Source: an uncultured Lentisphaerales bacterium (GTDB taxonomy: Bacteria > Verrucomicrobiota > Kiritimatiellia > RFP12 > JAAYLN01). From it: 64,000 nucleotides of DNA. How positions within the stretch are numbered: position 1 is the stretch's first letter; each line of letters opens with the position of its first letter. The position numbers and the translations under genes were made by a program. This document shows, piece by piece, positions 59,301 through 64,000 of the stretch. Location: assembly GCA_964592855.1 (NCBI GenBank), contig CAZQKI010000001.1:23175-87174 (forward strand), written 5' to 3'. The notes under the pieces were generated by a model that worked only from the letters and a program-made list of their open reading frames with translations, searched no databases and was not told the DNA's origin.

Positions 59301-60516
59301 CGGGAACACCTTCCCGGTTGCCGTTGCCGGCGGCAAGGCCGTCGTGCCACTCGCCCCGACACCCTGCTGGATCGTGGTCCGGGGTGGTGCGCTGGCTTCG
59401 GCGGCGGCCGGCGAACCGGTGCATGCCGAGGCGCCCGGCGAGCGCGTCGTGATGCTTGACGACTTTGAAACGCGCGACTGGCAATATGCACCCGGCGCCT
59501 ATGATCGTTACGGCAGCAACAGCTGGGACATGGCCCGCGAGCCGACCGTCCTGGAACAGTCCCGCGTCCGTTCGGAAGTGCGCGGCTCGACCGTCTGGCG
59601 CGTGAGCGCCCGCGCGCTCAAGCTCGACCGTCCCTGTGCCGGACAGTACGGCGTCTTCACGCCCCCCCGGCCGATCCCGATTCCCGGGCAGGCCAGGGCC
59701 ATTGGCATCCGCGGCAACGGCCGCTCGCAATGGTTCCGCCTGGTCTACGAGCTGCAGGACGCACGGGGCGAAACGTGGATCAGCTGCGGGCCGAAGGATG
59801 CCTGGAATTCGGACGACATCCACTCACGCTCCTTCATCAATCACGACGGCTGGCGCTACATGGAGTTCCCGCTGCCTGCCAGCGCCCCGGGCGACAACTA
59901 CCGGGAGATCGGCTGCTACTCGTGGGGCGGTTCGGACGACGGCATCGTCGACCTGCCGCTGAAGCTGACCCGGATCATCGTCGAGATGCGCAGCCATGTG
60001 GTCTACGCTAACGAGATGCTCCCCGTTCCGCCGGAGGACTGGACCCTTGAGCTGGATGATCTGGTCGCCGTCTACGAACGGCCGGAAGATCAGACGGATG
60101 CGCCGGTGAAGCTACAGGCGACGACCAAGGACGTCTGGCGGCCCCGCCGCGTCGATTTGGACCTGCCGAATCCGATCGAGCGGCTGCGTGAGGCGGGCGT
60201 CGGGAACGCCGCCGTCATCGAGAAGATCTATCCGCCCGAGGTGATGGCCGGCGGCGACCAGGTGTATGTCCGCATCCATCCCGTCGCGGATGCGCAGAAG
60301 TATACGGTCTATGTCTCCGCCTACGAAAATGGCACGGGCGCGCAGGTGACGGGGCAGATGCAGAGCAAGGACGAGCCGTCGACGATCTGGGTCCGCAAGC
60401 TGCAGCCCGCGATACCGATGTACTTCTTCGCCACGTACACGGACAAGGACGGCAAGGAATCCAAACCGTCGGTTGTCCGCAAGACGATCTTGCGCGACGA
60501 ATTCCCGTTCAAGTAG
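56398..60516 (+). CDS. Very large secreted protein (1372 aa) of unknown function, paralogue B; C-terminal FN3-like module
   Basis: Signal peptide MIRRTTTIAGYALMAGLAAFAA; collinear conserved blocks with paralogue A; C-terminal ..YTVYVSAYENGTG...SKPS.. FN3-like end. Confidence 0.75.
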   Translation: MIRRTTTIAGYALMAGLAAFAAERRAPVAALPMEPAAVSEAWVVNDETSTFALGVIRDDLLARPVLEVASRNLDTRAVRNKQHEYRLTSRATAKGAYVVEALLRFPDLPRLDERGRPVRARPRASLSVGLLTNDLPAFVLEGGTGVSPLFIWSVKRGDDPPKAKPVSGSLKANVTPDISPLSPEAFRLESEAELARMPRPENCWIPVRIEVGASHLRFYFNGCLALERLREAGTDGPVTLTLRDRVRIASLEVRPLPGDNAPFVTVPLDSRCNAAATLASDALAAVRQTGAVHGVPFVFPATVPFDHVDVGQSLYRYRMGTSYTADYDPRITAPSPAEFEPGRILLTVPKRAYRRAWLLAGADGREHHVPLVTLRFYKPFTGWSTDTAVTVPAFASRDGGTAKPVAVRDAAGQAVNLWLVPVDLDAAALAADFTGDVMHIELTKAVKPNLAYPDPANYGYQAGGLPSSVRIYGLTLEEAPVQAVASGDLFGNTYTDPEQLVWQVTVQNRTADTLPVEITVAATDPYGLAAAPTVKRLALKPGETQVPAFPLKPAVLGLHAVRTTVKAGDWSQSREGYFLRLPAFARRETGVTSPWGVWNWGGTHATHGDLDDNGRLLKAVGAINNHDLTASPARGQPAVNLNEFRKKWGLGATHDRIIPRDPPLWAAKDPVDPAEREAYKEVIGKRARQLKDDHPDFQYVNCFAENSVSLRLTHGVRASAFGLPEYEFNEKELARLRHLLTAALAGAEGVRQYAPEVKFIFGHGAANFAWPFFTQPDWNFDLFAGIGLDLPQFERMPERQPRATEPSLLYFLREELKARGQIDKELVHLESYFPGSHELALGLRGQADSIVRTAVLSLALGTTKFMHTWSLQDCADRWGSQHYGGCGLYARIPESNPKPAAAAFATMTRVLDRARFDGWIDTGSLSTFCIRFKGEDRLVYAVWTIRGTRPLEVVVNAGSAGIERIDDNGNTFPVAVAGGKAVVPLAPTPCWIVVRGGALASAAAGEPVHAEAPGERVVMLDDFETRDWQYAPGAYDRYGSNSWDMAREPTVLEQSRVRSEVRGSTVWRVSARALKLDRPCAGQYGVFTPPRPIPIPGQARAIGIRGNGRSQWFRLVYELQDARGETWISCGPKDAWNSDDIHSRSFINHDGWRYMEFPLPASAPGDNYREIGCYSWGGSDDGIVDLPLKLTRIIVEMRSHVVYANEMLPVPPEDWTLELDDLVAVYERPEDQTDAPVKLQATTKDVWRPRRVDLDLPNPIERLREAGVGNAAVIEKIYPPEVMAGGDQVYVRIHPVADAQKYTVYVSAYENGTGAQVTGQMQSKDEPSTIWVRKLQPAIPMYFFATYTDKDGKESKPSVVRKTILRDEFPFK

Positions 60517-60530
60517 CCGCGTGATAAACT

Positions 60531-62165
60531 TTATAGCGGTGGACGGACACACGGTTCGGCGCGCTGGGCGTGGTAGAGCGTGATCAACTCGGCAAAGGTC
60601 CGGTTGCAGGTCGCGTTCGGCTTGCCCCCGTTCAGCTTGAGTTCGGCGTCCAGCAGCGCCCGCAGGTAGAGCTGCCGCCAGCGCCAGGAGTGGCGGGCCT
60701 GGGGTGTCAGTTGCGCATCGACACGCTGCAGGGTCGCGTAGGCCGCCTCCGCGCCGGCGTCCTCGCGGGGCGCCGCATTGCGCGACGGGAACCAGTTCAG
60801 CGGCAGGACCACCCCGTCGAGTTTGCCCGGCCACCAGCGCATATGGTGGTTCCGCTCCAGCGTCTCCACCACCTGGAGCACCGGTTCGACCGCCGCCGGC
60901 GCAAATTCGAAGGCGATGTACTCCCGCACCGTTTCGACGGCCGGCCGGCCGCTCCAGTAGAACTGGCTGTAGACGGCCTTCGTGAGGTCTTCGTAGATGC
61001 CTTCGGAATAGGGGAAGCCGCCGGCGCTGAGGTGCTTGACGTCGTCCCATTGCCGCTGCGCCCGGCCCGTCAGCGGCGTGGCGCCAAACCCGCCCCAGGG
61101 GAAGGTCTCGTGCATGCTGATCTCGGGGAAGCCGACCATCGGCAAGCCGCCGGGCGTCGGGCGCTTCGTCCCCTCCGCCAGGATATAATCGACGAACGGC
61201 TTTTCCGCCGCAAAGGCCTGATCGAGACCCTGCCGTTCAGCCTCGTTGAAAAACCAGGTCGAGAGGATCAGCCGGCAATCGGCCAGCTTGCGCCGGGCCA
61301 GATCGGCGACCGACTCGGCGAGCTTTAAGAATCCATTGTTTCCCCAAGGCTGGCAGGCGGCGCAGCCGCATCCGCCCTGATCGTAGGGCCAGATCGCCAG
61401 GTAGCGGGGGTGAAGATCGGCCGCCCAGTCGAACAACTGGCCGATCAAGTTCAGTATGTAGGCCTTGCCCCCGGGAACGCTCGGGCAGACCGTGCAGTCA
61501 TACCAGCCGCCGCGCCGGGCACTGGGATCGGCCCGCAAGGCCGTCGGCGAGTTGTTGTAGGCCTCATTGGCGAGCGCGAAAAACGCGACATCCAGGCCGA
61601 TGCGCCGCGCCGCGCTGCAGATCGCGTGCAACCGGGTCCGGTACGCAACGGCTTCGGGATCGTCGAATCCGTTGAAGTGGTGCATGTCGTTCCACACGGC
61701 CAGGACATTGAAACCCCAGAGACCCAGATCCTCGACGTAGTGCTGAACCTCCTCGACCGGAGCGTCGTGGTAGAAGTTGTGGAAGTGCGTGGCGAGGTAG
61801 ATGCCTCGCACGGGCTTTTCCGGGACGGATGTTCCGCGCCATGTCCCGGCGGTGACGTTTCCCTGATCGCCGCGCGAAGTCCGGAGGAACTTGCCCACGC
61901 CGTAAAGCACGCCGCGCTCGCCGTCGCCCGCGATCCGCACGCCGCCGCCGGGACGATCCTCGATGAGGAAGCCGTCGGCGCCGATGCCCGATGCGAGCGT
62001 CAGTTCCACCGTCAGCGGCGCATCGCCGGCGAAGACAACCTCCACCGGGCCCCGCTCCGTCAGTTGCCGCGCCAGCAACGCCGCGATCGTTTTCATGACC
62101 GCCGATGCGTCGTTCTCCATCACGATCCTGACGCGGTTCACCGGGACAAGTTTTGCAGTTTTCAT
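60531..62165 (-). CDS. Putative glycoside hydrolase-like protein (N-terminal alpha/beta domain plus TIM-barrel-like region; GH20-like fold or DUF4838-like, unconfirmed); no signal peptide
   Basis: 544 aa; N-terminal ..AVMKTIAALLARQL..VEVVFAGD..TVELTLASGIGADGFLIEDRPGGGVRIAGDGERGVLYGVGKFLR.. domain typical of GH20/67/115-type N-domains; Cys cluster CGCAAC. Confidence 0.55.
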   Translation of the reverse strand: MKTAKLVPVNRVRIVMENDASAVMKTIAALLARQLTERGPVEVVFAGDAPLTVELTLASGIGADGFLIEDRPGGGVRIAGDGERGVLYGVGKFLRTSRGDQGNVTAGTWRGTSVPEKPVRGIYLATHFHNFYHDAPVEEVQHYVEDLGLWGFNVLAVWNDMHHFNGFDDPEAVAYRTRLHAICSAARRIGLDVAFFALANEAYNNSPTALRADPSARRGGWYDCTVCPSVPGGKAYILNLIGQLFDWAADLHPRYLAIWPYDQGGCGCAACQPWGNNGFLKLAESVADLARRKLADCRLILSTWFFNEAERQGLDQAFAAEKPFVDYILAEGTKRPTPGGLPMVGFPEISMHETFPWGGFGATPLTGRAQRQWDDVKHLSAGGFPYSEGIYEDLTKAVYSQFYWSGRPAVETVREYIAFEFAPAAVEPVLQVVETLERNHHMRWWPGKLDGVVLPLNWFPSRNAAPREDAGAEAAYATLQRVDAQLTPQARHSWRWRQLYLRALLDAELKLNGGKPNATCNRTFAELITLYHAQRAEPCVRPPL

Positions 62166-62291
62166 AACGATGCCTTTTTGACAGGAGGAACGTTACGAGG
62201 CGGCGGTGTGAAAGTCAATCGCCGTCGTAGGGCGGTGCTCCGCGCCGCCTATTCCCCGACTGGCCTCAAAGAAGCGGCGCCGGCGGACTTG

Positions 62292-62756
62292 CTACGTCCT
62301 ACGGACTTCGCTGCGTCCAAAATGCGCGAGTTTCGGCGCGAGAATGTCATCCAGGCGCGACTTGTCCTCGGGATAGAGCGAGATCAGGCGTTTGCCTGCA
62401 TGCATATAGAGATCCTGCTTGAGATACATACCCGCTTTGTAGCGGGGGGTGTCCATCCCCCAGTACTCGATATAGACGTCGTACTCAGGCAGGTAGAAAT
62501 CGGGGCGGATCTGGAAGCCCTCGATGATACGCAGGCGGGCGTCGTAGCGGTAGACGATGCCGTGCGACGCGAACCACTCGGTGATGCGGCGCTCACCGTC
62601 GGACTGCACGAGCGTGCCGTCCACGGTGCGAATATGCTTTTGGTCCTCGATGCGGGTCTCCTTGTTGACCAACTCCGGCAAGGCGCCCGCTTCGGCGCTC
62701 TCGCCCAGTTCCTTGGCGCGAGCTGCCAGTTGTTTTTCTGTGGCATAGAGCATGGT
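62292..62756 (-). CDS. Small hypothetical protein with a possible Vsr/DUF559-like PD-(D/E)xK nuclease fold
   Basis: ATG at 62754-62756 with aaggag RBS; ..RPDFYLPEYDVYIEYWG.. resembles the (PD)..(I/V)E.DG motif of Vsr/DUF559-family endonucleases; weak. Confidence 0.4.
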   Translation of the reverse strand, partial: TMLYATEKQLAARAKELGESAEAGALPELVNKETRIEDQKHIRTVDGTLVQSDGERRITEWFASHGIVYRYDARLRIIEGFQIRPDFYLPEYDVYIEYWGMDTPRYKAGMYLKQDLYMHAGKRLISLYPEDKSRLDDILAPKLAHFGRSEVRRT

Positions 62757-62930
62757 CACTCCTTGTTGCGGCTCGTTTCGTCCGGCGGACTCCACCGCGC
62801 CGCCATGGCGTCCGTAGGGAGTCCGAAGGACGAACCGCAGGACACGTGCCGTACTTCGCCCCCGCCCAACACCCAGCATACTAATTGAAGCGACTAAGCG
62901 TGAGATCAAGTGTGGCGAAAAAATGTGCTC

Positions 62931-64000
62931 CTACCCCATTGGTGTCGCGGCCTGGCACAGGCGGTACATGGCGAGCAAGGGCGCATGGCCCAGATAATCG
63001 CGGCAGGGGCCGGTGGGGGAGCCCTTGCGGCCCAGGGGTTCGATGGCCGCGCCCGTGGAGTTGTAAAACTCGAAGATGTGTCCGTAGGTCTGGAAGGCTT
63101 CCGCCGACCGCTTGAGCGCTTGCTGCCCGATCGTCGCCGCCGCGTCGGTGAACCCGTAATCGGCCAGGGCGCGCATGATCCAGTAGGTCATGGAGTTCCA
63201 CGCCGGACCGCGCCAGCAGTCGAGCTTGAAGGTCGCTTCGTTGACCGCGACCGTGGCCAGTGGGTGATAGCTGAAGAAGGTGCGCGGATCGAGCGCATGG
63301 TCGCGGAGGCGGCGGGCCTGTTCCGGGGTGGCCAGATGCGCCAGCAGCGGGAAGAACCCTTCGAAACTGAAGATGGGTTTCACACGCCCGTCAGTCATCC
63401 ATGTGTCGAAGAAGAAACCGAGCCGCTCATCCCACATCGTGTTCCGGACCAGGCTCTCCGCCGCCCGGATGTCCCCCCGCAGATCGACGGTGGGATCGCC
63501 CAGGGTGTCAGCCCAGCGCTGCAGGTGAATCATCATGCCCGCCAGGTGGCTCGTGGCGTCGACACAGGCGCAGGGCTCGGCCGGCGCCTGGATGAAGCGG
63601 ACGCCGTCATCCACGCCGCTTTCCCACAGCCGCCGGACGATATCGAAGTAGAAGAACCCGCCATCGGGCGTGCCCCGCCGGCTTTTCCACCAGGCCAGGT
63701 TCTTCAGCCCCTGCTTCAGACAAAAGGCCAAAAAGGTCCGGTCCTTCGTCTGCGCATAGTAGTCTTCGACCAGATGCGGCCAGAGCGGCGGATGCGACCA
63801 CTGGCGCGACCAATGGCAGCCGTCCCGCTCGTACCAGAGCGCCGGATCCCACGTCTGGTTGGCGCCCAGGGCTTTCGGCCCGTAGACGGTTCCCGGCATC
63901 TGGCCGTCCTCCCCGATGAATGACAGGTACATCTTGAGTTGCTGCCGGACCATCTCCGGGGCGTATGGGAGGAGATTGAGGCATTCATGGATCAGGTCCC
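62931..64000 (-). CDS. Six-hairpin (alpha/alpha)6 glycosidase, GH63/GH37-like; N-terminus beyond the window end
   Basis: ..LDCWRGPAWNSMTYWIMRAL.. and overall (alpha/alpha)6-barrel pattern; the frame remains open upstream of the first in-window Met (manual translation to position 64000 shows no stop). Confidence 0.65.
   Translation of the reverse strand, partial: DLIHECLNLLPYAPEMVRQQLKMYLSFIGEDGQMPGTVYGPKALGANQTWDPALWYERDGCHWSRQWSHPPLWPHLVEDYYAQTKDRTFLAFCLKQGLKNLAWWKSRRGTPDGGFFYFDIVRRLWESGVDDGVRFIQAPAEPCACVDATSHLAGMMIHLQRWADTLGDPTVDLRGDIRAAESLVRNTMWDERLGFFFDTWMTDGRVKPIFSFEGFFPLLAHLATPEQARRLRDHALDPRTFFSYHPLATVAVNEATFKLDCWRGPAWNSMTYWIMRALADYGFTDAAATIGQQALKRSAEAFQTYGHIFEFYNSTGAAIEPLGRKGSPTGPCRDYLGHAPLLAMYRLCQAATPMG

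Overview
This is a high-GC (about 65%) chromosomal segment with dense coding and no recognisable mobile elements, CRISPR arrays, tRNAs or rRNAs. Several traits suggest a member of the PVC superphylum (Verrucomicrobiota, Kiritimatiellota or Lentisphaerota-like), though this is inference only. These are: many proteins with prepilin-type N-termini (GFTL[IV]ELL), a complete rnfABCDGE operon, multiple URO-D/MtaA-like paralogues, and a large content of secreted glycan-active proteins. The window mixes housekeeping blocks with accessory carbohydrate-related blocks. The housekeeping blocks are tpx-purL, dnaX-ybaB-recR, rnfABCDGE, lptF/G, gmd-rmd, rpsU-argS, nadA-pcnB, an ECF sigma/anti-sigma pair and a gspGHIJ pseudopilin operon. 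The accessory blocks include a GH51 arabinofuranosidase, a PL22-like lyase, GH63-like and GH20-like-fold proteins, and three very large secreted proteins of unknown function. Two of these large proteins are divergently transcribed paralogues of about 1370 aa. The most unusual signals are listed below.
- Three scattered URO-D-family paralogues, each sitting next to sugar-active genes.
- A five-gene operon (BadF-type kinase, two tandem single-SIS proteins, a TIM-barrel isomerase and a URO-D-like protein) that looks like an uncharacterised sugar catabolic module.
- A roughly 95-bp intergenic element present in two copies, carrying a triple CTTTGTCG direct repeat; one copy lies between the giant paralogues.
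- A recurring TTGCCACGC(AGAARACGA) motif upstream of secreted-protein genes.
- Gene-decay scars: a glmM N-terminal remnant and a chimeric signal-peptide pseudogene that carries an 85-bp duplicate of an upstream gene segment.
- A perfect-looking 111-bp tandem duplication inside dnaX.
Many long antisense ORFs in the six-frame track are high-GC artefacts and were rejected.
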